From: an uncultured Mycobacteriaceae bacterium
GTDB taxonomy: Bacteria; Actinomycetota; Actinomycetes; Mycobacteriales; Mycobacteriaceae
Assembly (NCBI GenBank): GCA_903927745.1
Contig: CAIYOH010000205.1
Span: 1-59,525 of the forward strand
Direction: 5' to 3'
DNA: 59,525 nucleotides
Shown here piece after piece: positions 20,568 through 33,184 of this stretch. Below the pieces are notes generated by a model. The model saw nothing but the letters and a program-made list of their open reading frames with translations, was not told the DNA's origin and ran no database searches. Position 1 is the first letter of the stretch. The number at the start of each line of letters is the position of its first letter. The translations under genes were made by a program, and so were the position numbers.

Positions 20568-22121
20568 CTACCGGAAGCCCACCATCTCGCTGCCCCAGGC
20601 GGCACGGATGTGCACGTCGATGTCGTGCTCGACACGGTCGCGCTTGTCGATGAGCAGGCAGGCGCGCTCGGCGGGCCCGTAGGGCGCCCATTCCGGTTCG
20701 CCCGGCCCGCCGGACGGGTCGCCCGCCGCCGCGAAGTTGACCCACCTCGTCCGCATCCGCTTGGACACACCCCTGGCGGTCTTGGCGCCGCCGAGCTTGA
20801 GGGTCGGGTCCTTCGGCCCGCCGAGATTGCCCCAGACGTACGGCAATTCGGTGGCATGGGCGGCGTTGACCAACAGCAACTTCAGCAGGGGCGTCGCGTA
20901 GTCGAACCGGTAGAGGTACACCGGCGCCACGTGGCAGTGGCCCTCGGCCAGCCACACCGTGGGCATCCGGAATCCGACATCGGTGGCGATGTTCAAACTT
21001 CTCGCCCGGCGCGGCACCCCCGAATACGCCGACCCGATCTGTTCCGCGGTTGGTAATTGCAGATCGGGTTGCTCGGCTGCGATCTCGTCGAACATCGACG
21101 TGATCGCGCGCGGCGTGATCGGCATCAGCCGCGACCGCATCAACCGGAAGAGCGCGGCCTCGTGCCGGTTGGTACCGATGATCAACGGAACCGCCAGCGA
21201 ACGACCCTCCTGCGCCCTCTTCACCGGGTAGTCATCCAGCAGGTCGCCGTCGACGATCGGCACGAACGCCAGAGTGCCGGGATTGCGCACCGGCACTTCG
21301 TCGAAGACTTCCTGGGACGCGGCGAGGAGTACCGCGGTGGGCACGTCCGGCAACCGGTCCGCGTCGACATCGAGCCGCTCCAGGATCGTCTCGGTGACGC
21401 GCACGGCCCTGCCCCGGTCGTATACCGACGTGGCCGGCGAGCTCTGGGCGATTGCGCGGGCGAACAGGCCCTCGGCCGCCGCGCTGGCGAGCAGGGTCGT
21501 CACGATCCCTGCTCCGGCGGATTCGCCGAACAGGGTGACTCTGCGGGGATCTCCCCCGAACGCCGCGATGTTGTCGCGTACCCAGCCCAGGGCCGCCAGC
21601 ACGTCGCGCAGGCCCACGTTCGAATCGAACTGCCGGCGCGACGTGCTGAACGACGACAGGTCCAGAAACCCGAGCGCCCCCACCCGGTAGTTGACCGTCA
21701 CGACGACGACGTCGCCGCTCGACGCCAATCGGCGCCCGTCGTAGAGGGCCTGGCTGCCGGATCCCAGGACGTAGGCGCCCCCGTGCAGCCAGACCATCAC
21801 CGGTTTCCCGGTGCCGCATTCGGTGCCCGGTGGGGCCCACACGTTCAGCCGCAGGCAGTCGTCGCCCTGCGCCGCGCCCAGGTCCAGCGGCGTGTTGGGG
21901 AAGAGTGGTTGCGGGCAGGCCGGGCCGAAGCGGGTGGCGTCGGCGACCTCGGTCCACCGCGGCGGCGGCGCAGGCGCGCGGAACCGCAGGCCCCCGACGG
22001 GCTGCGCGGCGTAGCGGATGCCTTTCCAGACCCTGACCGTGGTCCCCGCTGCGCCACCCCCGACTGAGCCGCCCCGAACGGGGCCGTGCGTGGTGTCAAC
22101 CACCAGATCGTCGGTCGCCAT
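20568..22121 (-). CDS. type-B carboxylesterase (para-nitrobenzyl esterase-like)
   Basis: WKGIRYA, DCLRLNVW, HGGAY, FGESAG and HATEL motifs. Confidence 0.92.
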   Translation of the reverse strand: MATDDLVVDTTHGPVRGGSVGGGAAGTTVRVWKGIRYAAQPVGGLRFRAPAPPPRWTEVADATRFGPACPQPLFPNTPLDLGAAQGDDCLRLNVWAPPGTECGTGKPVMVWLHGGAYVLGSGSQALYDGRRLASSGDVVVVTVNYRVGALGFLDLSSFSTSRRQFDSNVGLRDVLAALGWVRDNIAAFGGDPRRVTLFGESAGAGIVTTLLASAAAEGLFARAIAQSSPATSVYDRGRAVRVTETILERLDVDADRLPDVPTAVLLAASQEVFDEVPVRNPGTLAFVPIVDGDLLDDYPVKRAQEGRSLAVPLIIGTNRHEAALFRLMRSRLMPITPRAITSMFDEIAAEQPDLQLPTAEQIGSAYSGVPRRARSLNIATDVGFRMPTVWLAEGHCHVAPVYLYRFDYATPLLKLLLVNAAHATELPYVWGNLGGPKDPTLKLGGAKTARGVSKRMRTRWVNFAAAGDPSGGPGEPEWAPYGPAERACLLIDKRDRVEHDIDVHIRAAWGSEMVGFR

Positions 22122-22152
22122 GAGTCCCACAGTTTCTCTGCCGGTTGTTCGT

Positions 22153-22950
22153 CTACGTGAGCTGCCGGGCGAGGAACTCGACCACCCGTGTGCGGGCCTC
22201 GTAGGCCTGCTGGCCGTCGACCTCCCGGACCTCGTCGGTCAGCACCGAATGCGCCATCCTGCCGAAGCCGCCCGCGTTGCCGGGACCGGAGTCGATCTCG
22301 ATGACCTCGAACGCGTCACCGAGTCGCTGCTTGAGCGTCGCGAACCGTTCGCCCGGCGCCGTCTTGTCCTCGCTGAACCGAAGCCCCATGGCGCTCAGGC
22401 CGTCGGTGGCGCACCGTTGCGCGACCGTGGTGAGCTCAGCCTGGCTCAGCCCGGGGTCGCTGCGCCGCGCGGCGCCCAGGGGCAACGGCACCGACGGCTG
22501 ACTGAGCACGGGTGCGAGCACGCTGTCGTCGACCGCGGCGGCCAGCGCGAAACCGCCCGTGAAGCACTGGCCGATCACCCCGACACCCTTGCCGGGAGTC
22601 GACGCGTTGAGGTCGCGGGCAAGCGCCCGTAGGAACGCCGTCACCGGGCGCTGCCGGTTGGTCGCGAACGCCGCGAACTCCCGCGCCACGCACGCCCGGG
22701 TGATCGACGTGGCGATGTAGCCGATTGTCTTCGGTCTGCCGGGCTGCCCGAACAGCGAGGGCATCGCGACGGTGAAGCCGTTGTCCACCAGGTGGTTACC
22801 GAGGGCGAGCACGCCGGGATGGATACCGGGTATCTCGGGGATCAGCACCACGCCGGGGCCGCTGCCCTTCCGGTAGACGTCGTGGGTGTAGCCGCCACCG
22901 GTGAACGGCGCCACCGACCATCCGGACAGGTCTGCTTGCGGTGCGGTCAC
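22153..22950 (-). CDS. dienelactone hydrolase family protein
   Basis: GTG after GAGGAGG; EIPG, GQCFTGG (nucleophile Cys) and AHSVL motifs. Confidence 0.85.
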   Translation of the reverse strand: MTAPQADLSGWSVAPFTGGGYTHDVYRKGSGPGVVLIPEIPGIHPGVLALGNHLVDNGFTVAMPSLFGQPGRPKTIGYIATSITRACVAREFAAFATNRQRPVTAFLRALARDLNASTPGKGVGVIGQCFTGGFALAAAVDDSVLAPVLSQPSVPLPLGAARRSDPGLSQAELTTVAQRCATDGLSAMGLRFSEDKTAPGERFATLKQRLGDAFEVIEIDSGPGNAGGFGRMAHSVLTDEVREVDGQQAYEARTRVVEFLARQLT

Positions 22951-22962
22951 GCTGAGTCCTCC

Positions 22963-23009
22963 TCGGGGTGCCTGTGCTCTTCGGGGTGCGTGTGCTCTTC
23001 GGGGTGCGT
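22963..23009. repeat. 18-bp intergenic tandem repeat (about 2.6 copies), MIRU/VNTR-like
   Basis: TCGGGGTGC(C/G)TGTGCTCT repeated; adjoins the RBS of the downstream gene. Confidence 0.8.
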
Positions 23010-23012
23010 CAG

Positions 23013-23711
23013 TCAATGCGCGGGCAGGGGCGGCTGCGATTGCGTCGCCGATGCCAGAGTACGGAACTCGTCGGTGCTGCCCGAGCCGGTGATCGCGAGC
23101 GTGGCGGTGCCGGTCGGCCCGGCCAGGCTGGTCGTCCAGATCGGCTCGGCGGCCGCGCCGCGGTCTCCGGCCCCGCGGTAGACGACCCAGGTGGTGCCGG
23201 AGACGTCGACCGCCCCGGTCGGGACCGCCGAGGAATGGATCGAACCGACCAGCTTCTCCTCGTCGGCGTTGCTCTGGGTCAGGCTCAGGTACATCCCGGC
23301 GGGGCTGATGTATCCCACCGTGGAGGTGACCGCGTGCACGCGCCGGCCCTTGGCGGGGTCGGCGGGGTCGGGTCGCCCGGCCTCGATCCCCCCGCGACCC
23401 CCGGAATTGGGCCGCCAGCCTGCGGGCAGGTGCGGCAACCGGATGGGGAAGCCGAGCGTCTGGGCGTCGGCACGCAGGGCGCCCGCCGCGTCGTAGGACG
23501 GAACAGGGCCCTGCTTGGAGCTGCCGGTCTGGAAGGAACACATCCCGACCAGGCCCGCCAGCAGGATGCACGCGAGCACCAACGGCATCAGCGACCAGAA
23601 CATGTCGCGGCCGTCCTGCAACAGCCTCGGCTTGGCCGGCCTCGGCCCGGGCACGGGCTCGTCACCCGCTCGGGCGTCCGAGCTGGGGATCGGCTGCGGC
23701 TGCTCGGTCAC
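23013..23711 (-). CDS. DUF4245 protein (Rv1100-like)
   Basis: [15 protein letters not shown], a single TM helix, GWRPNSG; divergent from glpX. Confidence 0.8.
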   Translation of the reverse strand: MTEQPQPIPSSDARAGDEPVPGPRPAKPRLLQDGRDMFWSLMPLVLACILLAGLVGMCSFQTGSSKQGPVPSYDAAGALRADAQTLGFPIRLPHLPAGWRPNSGGRGGIEAGRPDPADPAKGRRVHAVTSTVGYISPAGMYLSLTQSNADEEKLVGSIHSSAVPTGAVDVSGTTWVVYRGAGDRGAAAEPIWTTSLAGPTGTATLAITGSGSTDEFRTLASATQSQPPLPAH

Positions 23712-23789
23712 GCCTCGAGTATCCCAGTTCCGGCTGACCGATTCGTTTCTGGGACACTTTTCAACCATGAGAACCAGGGGCCGTCAACC

Positions 23790-24839
23790 ATGACAACCGA
23801 GGGCTCGGGTGCCGAGCGGTTGCGGGGCGAGCCTCCGGACCGCAACCTGGCCCTGGACCTGGTGCGGGTCACCGAGGCCGGCGCCATGGCCGCGGGCCGC
23901 TGGGTGGGCCGCGGGGACAAAGAGGGCGGCGACGGAGCGGCCGTCGACGCAATGCGGAAACTGGTGAACACCGTGTCGATGCGCGGCGTCGTGGTGATCG
24001 GCGAGGGCGAGAAGGACAACGCCCCGATGCTGTACAACGGCGAAGATGTCGGTAACGGCGACGGCCCGGAATGCGACTTCGCGGTCGACCCGATCGACGG
24101 CACATCGTTGATGAGTAAGGGTATGCCCAACGCGATCTCGGTGCTGGCGGTCGCCGAGCGCGGCGCGATGTTCGACCCGTCCGCGGTCTATTACATGAAC
24201 AAGATCGCCGTCGGACCCGACGCGGCGGACGTGCTGGATATCACCGCTCCAATCGCCGAGAACATCCGGGCGGTCGCTGCGGTCAAGCACCTGTCCGTAC
24301 GCGACATGACCGTCTGCATCCTGGACCGGCCACGGCACGCCCGGCTGATCGAGGATGTCCGGGCGACGGGGGCCCGCATTCGGCTGATCACCGACGGCGA
24401 CGTCGCCGGCGCGATCTCGGCGTGCCGGTACCTGTCTGGCACCGACATGCTGGCCGGGATCGGGGGCACCCCGGAAGGGATCATCGCCGCCGCGGCGATC
24501 CGCTGCATGGGCGGTGCCATCCAGGCACAACTCACGCCGAAGGACGATGCCGAACGCCAGAAGGCCATCGACGCCGGCTACGACCTGGACCAGGTACTCA
24601 CCACCACGGACCTGGTGTCCGGGGAGAACGTCTTCTTCTGCGCCACCGGGGTCACCAACGGCGACCTCCTCAAGGGCGTTCAGTACTACCCTGGCGGCTG
24701 CACCACCCAGTCGATCGTGATGCGGTCGAAGTCGGGCACCGTCCGGATGATCGAGTCCTACCACCGGCTCTCGAAGCTCAACGAGTACTCCGCGGTCGAC
24801 TTCACCGGCAACAGCACCGCCGCCTATCCCCTGCCCTGA
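23790..24839 (+). CDS. glpX: class II fructose-1,6-bisphosphatase
   Basis: [28 protein letters not shown] and ATGVTNG motifs. Confidence 0.96.
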   Translation: MTTEGSGAERLRGEPPDRNLALDLVRVTEAGAMAAGRWVGRGDKEGGDGAAVDAMRKLVNTVSMRGVVVIGEGEKDNAPMLYNGEDVGNGDGPECDFAVDPIDGTSLMSKGMPNAISVLAVAERGAMFDPSAVYYMNKIAVGPDAADVLDITAPIAENIRAVAAVKHLSVRDMTVCILDRPRHARLIEDVRATGARIRLITDGDVAGAISACRYLSGTDMLAGIGGTPEGIIAAAAIRCMGGAIQAQLTPKDDAERQKAIDAGYDLDQVLTTTDLVSGENVFFCATGVTNGDLLKGVQYYPGGCTTQSIVMRSKSGTVRMIESYHRLSKLNEYSAVDFTGNSTAAYPLP

Positions 24840-24878
24840 CCTCCAGACCAGTCCTAACACCAGCGAGGAGTCCCTCTC

Positions 24879-26300
24879 ATGGCTGATCGCGCCACCGGTC
24901 CCGAGTACCGCATCGAGCACGACACCATGGGCGAGGTGCGTGTGCCCGCGAAAGCGTTGTGGCGCGCGCAAACTCAGCGTGCGGTGGAGAACTTCCCGAT
25001 CTCGGGCCGGGGCCTGGAGCGTGCGCAGATCCGCGCGCTGGGGCTGCTCAAGGGCGCCTGCGCCCAGGTGAACAAGGACCTGGGCCTCCTGGCACCGGAG
25101 AAGGCCGACGCGATCATCGCGGCCGCGGCCGAGATCGCCGAGGGCGGGCACGACGACCAGTTCCCCATCGACGTGTTCCAGACCGGCTCGGGCACCAGCT
25201 CCAACATGAACGCCAACGAGGTGATCGCGAGTATCGCGGCGGCCCACGGTGTCACGGTGCATCCCAACGACGACGTGAACATGTCGCAGTCATCCAATGA
25301 CACATTCCCGACCGCCACCCACATCGCAGCCACCGAGGCCGCCGTTCGCCACCTCATTCCGGCGCTCGAGGTGCTGCACGAGGCGCTCGCGGCCAAGGCC
25401 GGCGAGTGGCACTCGGTGGTCAAGTCCGGCCGTACCCACCTGATGGACGCCGTCCCGGTGACGCTCGGTCAGGAGTTCAGCGGCTATGCACGGCAGATCG
25501 AGGCGGGAATCGAGCGGGTGCGGGCCACACTCCCGCGGCTCGGCGAGCTGGCGATCGGCGGCACCGCCGTGGGAACCGGCCTCAACGCTCCCGACGGCTT
25601 CGGCGCGAAGGTCGTCGAGACGCTGATCACCTCCACCGGGCTGAATGAGCTTCGCACGGCAGCCAACTCGTTCGAGGCCCAAGCGGCACGCGACGGGCTC
25701 GTCGAGGCGTCCGGCGCGTTGCGGACCATCGCGGTGTCGTTGACCAAGATCGCCAACGACATCCGCTGGATGGGTTCGGGGCCGCTGACCGGCCTGGGCG
25801 AGATCCGGCTGCCGGACCTGCAGCCGGGCAGCTCCATCATGCCGGGCAAGGTCAATCCCGTTATCCCCGAGGCCGTCACGCAAGTTGCGGCGCAGGTGAT
25901 CGGTAACGACGCCGCGGTGGCCTGGGGCGGCGCGAGCGGCGCTTTCGAGCTCAACGTCTACATCCCGATGATGGCCCGCAACCTCCTCGAGTCGTTCACC
26001 TTGCTGACCAACGTGTCAGCGCTGTTCGCCCAGCGCTGCATCGTCGGTCTGGTTGCCAACGTCGAACACCTGCGCGAGCTGGCCGAGTCGTCGCCGTCGA
26101 TCGTGACGCCGTTGAACTCGGCGATCGGGTACGAGGAGGCTGCCGCCGTGGCCAAGCAGGCCCTCAAGGAGCGCAAGACGATTCGCCAGACCGTCATCGA
26201 CCGGGGGCTGATCGGCGAGAAATTGTCTATCGAAGAACTCGACCGCCGGCTGGACGTCCTGGCGATGGCGAAAGTGACACCGAAAGACGCGAAGCGCTGA
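24879..26300 (+). CDS. fumC: fumarate hydratase class II
   Basis: [19 protein letters not shown] and [10 protein letters not shown] motifs. Confidence 0.97.
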   Translation: MADRATGPEYRIEHDTMGEVRVPAKALWRAQTQRAVENFPISGRGLERAQIRALGLLKGACAQVNKDLGLLAPEKADAIIAAAAEIAEGGHDDQFPIDVFQTGSGTSSNMNANEVIASIAAAHGVTVHPNDDVNMSQSSNDTFPTATHIAATEAAVRHLIPALEVLHEALAAKAGEWHSVVKSGRTHLMDAVPVTLGQEFSGYARQIEAGIERVRATLPRLGELAIGGTAVGTGLNAPDGFGAKVVETLITSTGLNELRTAANSFEAQAARDGLVEASGALRTIAVSLTKIANDIRWMGSGPLTGLGEIRLPDLQPGSSIMPGKVNPVIPEAVTQVAAQVIGNDAAVAWGGASGAFELNVYIPMMARNLLESFTLLTNVSALFAQRCIVGLVANVEHLRELAESSPSIVTPLNSAIGYEEAAAVAKQALKERKTIRQTVIDRGLIGEKLSIEELDRRLDVLAMAKVTPKDAKR

Positions 26301-26333
26301 TAACGAGATGATGGGAATGAGAGACGTGCGCCG

Positions 26334-27410
26334 ATGACGATCCCCCCCGAGGATCCCCACGAGTCGAATCCCTATGGGCAGGGTCCGTATGGGCAGGGTC
26401 CGTATGGGCCGGGTCCCTATGGGCAGGGTCCGTATGGGCCGGGTCCCTATGGGCAGGGTCCGTATGGGCCGGGTCCGTATGAGGGTAGCCAGCCCCAGGG
26501 TGGGTCGTACCCCTACCCGCCGCCGGGCGGCGAGTACCCCGGCCAGCCCGGTGCGCAGCCCTACGGCGGGTACCCGCCGCACTATCCACCCGCCGGGCAG
26601 GGGTATCCGCCGCCGGGGTATCCGCCGCCGGGGCCGCCGTACCCGCCCGCCGGCTGGCCGGGCGGGCCGTACCCGCCCGGGCCGCCACCACCGACTGGAC
26701 CCCGCTCGAAGCTGCCGTGGATCATCCTCGGCGCCGCAGTGCTGGGCGTCATCGCGCTGGTCGCCCTGCTGGTAGTCGGGCTTGGCCGTGGACATAAGGC
26801 GACCACGGCCACGGCCCCGACCGTGCAGCCGACGACAAGCGCCCACGCGACGCAGCCGGGCACTGCCGGGCAGGACGCGACCGGTTGCACCGCTAACGGC
26901 TCCGGCGGGGACAAGCCCACCGGCGACACCATCCGGGCCGGGAAGCTATCGTTCCCGGCCGGCGCGGCACCCGGATGGTCCGCCTACTCCGACGATCAGA
27001 CCCCCAACCTCGTCGAGGCGGTGGGCGTCGCTCAGGAGGTTCCCGGCGCCAATCAATGGATGATGCAAGCCGAGGTGGCGATCACCAACTTCGCCAGCAG
27101 CATGGACGTCGGTGCGCAGGCGTCGAAGCTGTTGGAGTGCGTGGTCGCCGGCCCGGGCTACGTGAGTTCGATGCCCACGCAGGGTCCCGTCAAAACGTCG
27201 TCGCCCACGGTCGACGGGGTTAAGGCCGCCCGGGTGGACGCCGACGTCACGATCGGCGATCCGTCCCGCAACGTGAAGGGCGATTCGGTCACCATCATCG
27301 TGGTCGACACCAAACCGGTCACGGTCTTCATGAGCGCAACCCCGATCGGCGATGCAGCATCGGCGGCCATCATCGGCCGCGTGATCGCGGCGCTGAAGGT
27401 CAAAAGCTGA
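26334..27410 (+). CDS. Gly/Pro-rich membrane protein (Rv1097c-like)
   Basis: PYGQG repeats, one TM helix, extracellular domain with a Cys pair; synteny. Confidence 0.8.
   Translation: MTIPPEDPHESNPYGQGPYGQGPYGPGPYGQGPYGPGPYGQGPYGPGPYEGSQPQGGSYPYPPPGGEYPGQPGAQPYGGYPPHYPPAGQGYPPPGYPPPGPPYPPAGWPGGPYPPGPPPPTGPRSKLPWIILGAAVLGVIALVALLVVGLGRGHKATTATAPTVQPTTSAHATQPGTAGQDATGCTANGSGGDKPTGDTIRAGKLSFPAGAAPGWSAYSDDQTPNLVEAVGVAQEVPGANQWMMQAEVAITNFASSMDVGAQASKLLECVVAGPGYVSSMPTQGPVKTSSPTVDGVKAARVDADVTIGDPSRNVKGDSVTIIVVDTKPVTVFMSATPIGDAASAAIIGRVIAALKVKS
26370..26480 (+). repeat. 15-bp coding tandem repeat (7 copies of PYG[Q/P]G)
   Basis: CC(C/G)TATGGGC(A/C)GGGT units read directly. Confidence 0.9.
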
Positions 27411-27413
27411 CGC

Positions 27414-28289
27414 TCAGGCGCCGTTGTTGGGTCCACCTGAGTTCTGGCCCGCAATGTCGGTGATCGGGAAGTTCGGCATCGGTTGCGGGGAGGGAGTATT
27501 GGGCAGTGCGGGGATCTCGGCTGCCGGGATGTCGTGAAGGCCGTTGACGGGCGGCCCGTTCTCGCGGCCGCCGTAACTGCTGCCGGGCGCTCGCGGCCCC
27601 AGTAGTTCGCTGACCGTCACCAAACGGTAGCCGTTGGCCCTGAGCACGGGAATGAATTGGTACACCAGGTCGACGGTGCTCGAATACGTGTCATGGAACA
27701 GCACCACCGAGCCCGGCTTGACGTAGGTCATCAGCATGGAGCGCGTAGCACCGGTGTTCGAGTCATTCACCCAGTCGAACGGGATCACATCCCAGAGGAT
27801 TTCGGCCAGGCCCACGCGGGCAGCAGCCTGGCGGACGGCGCCGTCGGATAGCCCGCCCGCGGGGCGATAGAGCTTCGGGGTCAGACCGGTAGCGGAGGAG
27901 ATCGCGTCATTGGCCTTGGAGAATTGACCGGCGATGTCCTCGACGGGGATCGTCGTCATGTTGGGGTGTTCCCAGGTGTGGTTGCCGATCTCCATTCCGG
28001 CCTCGGCGATCCGCGCGGCCCCCGCCGGGTTGGCCGCCGCCTTGTTGCCGATCAGGAAGAAAGTGGCCTTGGCGTCGTTGTCCTTGAGGATCTGCAGCAG
28101 CCGGTCGTCGAACGGAGTCGGCCCGTCGTCGAAGGTCAGCGCAACGCACTTGACCGTTGCACAGCTGACATCGTCTGCCCGGGTGACGTGGCCCGTCAGG
28201 CCTCCGATCACCAGCACCGCGGCGGCCGCAATGACACCGATGACGGTGCGCCAGTAGCGCCAGGCCTGACTGTCGGCACGTTTCCGCAC
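27414..28289 (-). CDS. polysaccharide/peptidoglycan deacetylase (Rv1096-like)
   Basis: TFDDGP, HTWEH and LFHD NodB motifs; N-terminal anchor. Confidence 0.9.
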   Translation of the reverse strand: MRKRADSQAWRYWRTVIGVIAAAAVLVIGGLTGHVTRADDVSCATVKCVALTFDDGPTPFDDRLLQILKDNDAKATFFLIGNKAAANPAGAARIAEAGMEIGNHTWEHPNMTTIPVEDIAGQFSKANDAISSATGLTPKLYRPAGGLSDGAVRQAAARVGLAEILWDVIPFDWVNDSNTGATRSMLMTYVKPGSVVLFHDTYSSTVDLVYQFIPVLRANGYRLVTVSELLGPRAPGSSYGGRENGPPVNGLHDIPAAEIPALPNTPSPQPMPNFPITDIAGQNSGGPNNGA

Positions 28290-28318
28290 GCCCGCAGCCT
28301 ACCTGGCATACCCGCACG

Positions 28319-29620
28319 TCAGTTCGGTCCGGCGATCTCCTCGAGCATTTCGGTGACCAGGGCGGCAATCGGCGAGCGCTCGCTGCGCAGCAGGGTGATG
28401 TGCGCGAAGAGCGGGTGCCCCTTGAGCTTCTCGATCACCGCCGCGACCCCGTCGTGGCGGCCGACCCGCAGGTTGTCCCGCTGGGCGATGTCATGGGTCA
28501 GCACCACCCGCGAACCGGTGCCCAGCCGGGACAACACCGTCAGCAGGACGTTGCGCTCCAGGGACTGCGCCTCATCGACGATCACGAAGGAGTCGTGCAG
28601 CGAGCGACCCCGGATATGGGTCAGCGGCAGCACTTCGAGCATGCCACGGGACAGCACCTCGTCCAGCACGGCAGGGCTGGCCAAACCCTCGAGGGTGTCG
28701 AACACCGCCTGAGCCCACGGCCCCATCTTTTCGCTCTCGCTGCCGGGCAGGTAGCCCAGTTCCTGGCCGCCCACGGCGTAGAGCGGCCGGAAAACCACCA
28801 CCTTGCGTTGCGTTCGCCGTTCCAGCACCGCCTCAAGACCGGCGCACAGGGCCAGCGCGGATTTGCCGGTGCCGGCTTTGCCGCCCAGGGACACGATGCC
28901 CACCGACTCGTCCTGTAGCAGATCGAGCGCCACCCGCTGTTCGGCGGAGCGACCGCGCAGGCCGAACACCTCACGGTCACCGCGAACCAGCTGGACACGC
29001 TTGGCGGCAGTGACCCGGCCGAGAGCGTGAGAAGTACCGCCCAGCAACCGGATACCTGTGTGGCAGGGCAGGTCCCGCGCCTCGGCCAGGTCGATCTCGC
29101 CATCGGCGAAGAGCGTGTCAATATCGTCGGTCGCCGTCTCGATCTCGTGCATCCCCGACCAGCCCGAGACCACGACGTCCTGCGCGTGGTATTCATCGGC
29201 GGGCAGGCCGACTGCGGCGGCCTTGACCCTCAGCGGAATGTCCTTGCTCACCAGGGTGACCCGCTTGCCCTCGGCGGCGAGGTTGGCGGCGCAGCTCAGG
29301 ATGCGTGAGTCGTTGCTGTCGGTGCGGAAGCCGGCAGGAAGCACCGACGTATCCGTGTGGTTGAGTTCGACGTGCAGTGTTCCGCCCCGGTCACCAATGG
29401 CGATCGGTTGATCCAGCCGCCCGTGCTCCAGTCGAAGATCGTCGAGCAGACGCAGGGCCTGGCGGGCGAACCACCCCAACTCGTGATGGTGCCGCTTGGC
29501 CTCGAGTTCGCTGATCACCACCAGTGGAAGCACCACCTCGTGTTCTGCGAAGCGACTACACGCCCACGGGTCGGACAACAGCACGGACGTGTCGATCACA
29601 TAGGTGCGGATTTCGGTCAC
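28319..29620 (-). CDS. phoH2: PIN-PhoH fusion protein PhoH2
   Basis: PIN motif (VIDTSVL) plus PhoH ATPase motifs ([17 protein letters not shown]). Confidence 0.95.
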   Translation of the reverse strand: MTEIRTYVIDTSVLLSDPWACSRFAEHEVVLPLVVISELEAKRHHHELGWFARQALRLLDDLRLEHGRLDQPIAIGDRGGTLHVELNHTDTSVLPAGFRTDSNDSRILSCAANLAAEGKRVTLVSKDIPLRVKAAAVGLPADEYHAQDVVVSGWSGMHEIETATDDIDTLFADGEIDLAEARDLPCHTGIRLLGGTSHALGRVTAAKRVQLVRGDREVFGLRGRSAEQRVALDLLQDESVGIVSLGGKAGTGKSALALCAGLEAVLERRTQRKVVVFRPLYAVGGQELGYLPGSESEKMGPWAQAVFDTLEGLASPAVLDEVLSRGMLEVLPLTHIRGRSLHDSFVIVDEAQSLERNVLLTVLSRLGTGSRVVLTHDIAQRDNLRVGRHDGVAAVIEKLKGHPLFAHITLLRSERSPIAALVTEMLEEIAGPN

Positions 29621-29763
29621 GTGGCTCTGCTCCTCGAGCGGGGTGAGTCCGCGCGGACCCGCACGGACATCTCGGCGGGAATCGCGGCATCAGGACCGGG
29701 GCCGGTCCTGCCGTAGTCGTGACGGAAGGTGCCGCCCTGGCAGCTGAGCATGTCGCTGACCAT
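29617..29763 (-). CDS. 48-aa ORF translationally coupled to phoH2 (PhoAT-like)
   Basis: [48 protein letters not shown]. Its TGA overlaps the phoH2 GTG; TAGCGT -10 box just upstream. Confidence 0.6.
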   Translation of the reverse strand: MVSDMLSCQGGTFRHDYGRTGPGPDAAIPAEMSVRVRADSPRSRSRAT

Positions 29764-29827
29764 CGCCCCTGACGCTACTCCGACGGCCGGCCGCCTGCCG
29801 GGCAGGCGCGCCGAGTCGGCGGTTCGC

Positions 29828-30655
29828 TCAGTCGGAGACGAACTGCTTCATCGCGGGTTCGTCGGCCAGGCCCCACGCGGTGATGCGGTCGGAGATCGCC
29901 CGCCGCAACTGTTCCGGCCCGAAAACGCCCGCCTGGGCGACATTGTTGACCTTGTCGCGATAGGAGTCGATGTCGGCTCCCGGCACCTGCAACTCGGCCG
30001 CCCGGCCAACGATCGCCGCAATCGTCTCGTCGCGGGCGCAGTCCAGGCAGTGCGCAACGAGGTTGGCAAAGAACTGCTCGTGGCGGGCCTCGTCGCGGGC
30101 GATCCGATCGACAAGCCCGGCGAGAACGGGCTCCTCGATCTGAGCGGCCAGGTTGCGGCAGTACACCGCGTACGCGCGCTCGCTGAGTGCCACGTGCACC
30201 AGCGTGTCAATCTGGCTGTACTGGTCGGCGCGGTAGCCCTTCATGACGTATTCGAGCCGCGCATCCTCGTTGGCAGTCGGGTCGATCTCGCGGGTGACCA
30301 CCAGGTACTCCCGCAAGGCAATGGCGTGCAGGTGCTCCTCCGCGGTCCATCGGCCCAGCCATCGACCCCACCAGTCCTCGAGGATGAAGTGCTCGACGAG
30401 CTCCCGGTGGTGACCGGCGAGATTGTCCTTGAGCAGCAACAGGATCTCGCACGCGTCGGTGACGGTCCTGGGCAGCGTCGCCTGGGACGGGTCCCAGTCA
30501 CGTCCGCCGAGGAAGGCGAAGTTCTCGCCCCTCTCGAACGGGACGTAGTCGTGGGCGAACCAGACGTCCTCCGTGTCGAGGTGGCGCGCCAGGTTGACTT
30601 CGACGACCGGCTCGAGTTCCAGAGTCAGCGCGTTAGCGACAGGTTTCTGTGCCAT
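29828..30655 (-). CDS. desA2: acyl-ACP desaturase DesA2
   Basis: MAQKPVANALTLELEP, WTAEEHLH and DEARHE motifs; leaderless-type TACAGT -10 box. Confidence 0.93.
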   Translation of the reverse strand: MAQKPVANALTLELEPVVEVNLARHLDTEDVWFAHDYVPFERGENFAFLGGRDWDPSQATLPRTVTDACEILLLLKDNLAGHHRELVEHFILEDWWGRWLGRWTAEEHLHAIALREYLVVTREIDPTANEDARLEYVMKGYRADQYSQIDTLVHVALSERAYAVYCRNLAAQIEEPVLAGLVDRIARDEARHEQFFANLVAHCLDCARDETIAAIVGRAAELQVPGADIDSYRDKVNNVAQAGVFGPEQLRRAISDRITAWGLADEPAMKQFVSD

Positions 30656-30727
30656 GAGATAACTGTAACCCGCATACACAGGTTCGTGGAATCTTCGGCC
30701 CGTGTCGGGCCGGCAATGGTGACCTTT

Positions 30728-30784
30728 GTCATGTTTGAGTCATGTTTGAGTCATGTTTGAGTCATGTTTGAGCCATGTTTGAGT
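30728..30784. repeat. 11-bp tandem repeat, 5 copies, between glyA and desA2
   Basis: (GTCATGTTTGA)4 followed by GCCATGTTTGA. Confidence 0.95.
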
Positions 30785-30808
30785 AATTCGCGGGTCACGC
30801 GCACCGGC

Positions 30809-33136
<2,328 letters not shown>

Positions 33137-33184
33137 CGGAGCCGTCTCATGAGATCGATCACGCGGCCGCGCTAGGTTCTCATC

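Noticed and set aside
26227-26691. Antisense ORF with HTDPA/HRDPA repeats resembling a His-rich metal-binding protein
   Set aside because: It is the reverse complement of the PYGQG repeat in the Rv1097c-like gene.
30728-30784. Possible CRISPR array (also considered at 26370 and 39089)
   Set aside because: The repeats are short, directly tandem and have no spacers; no cas genes are present.
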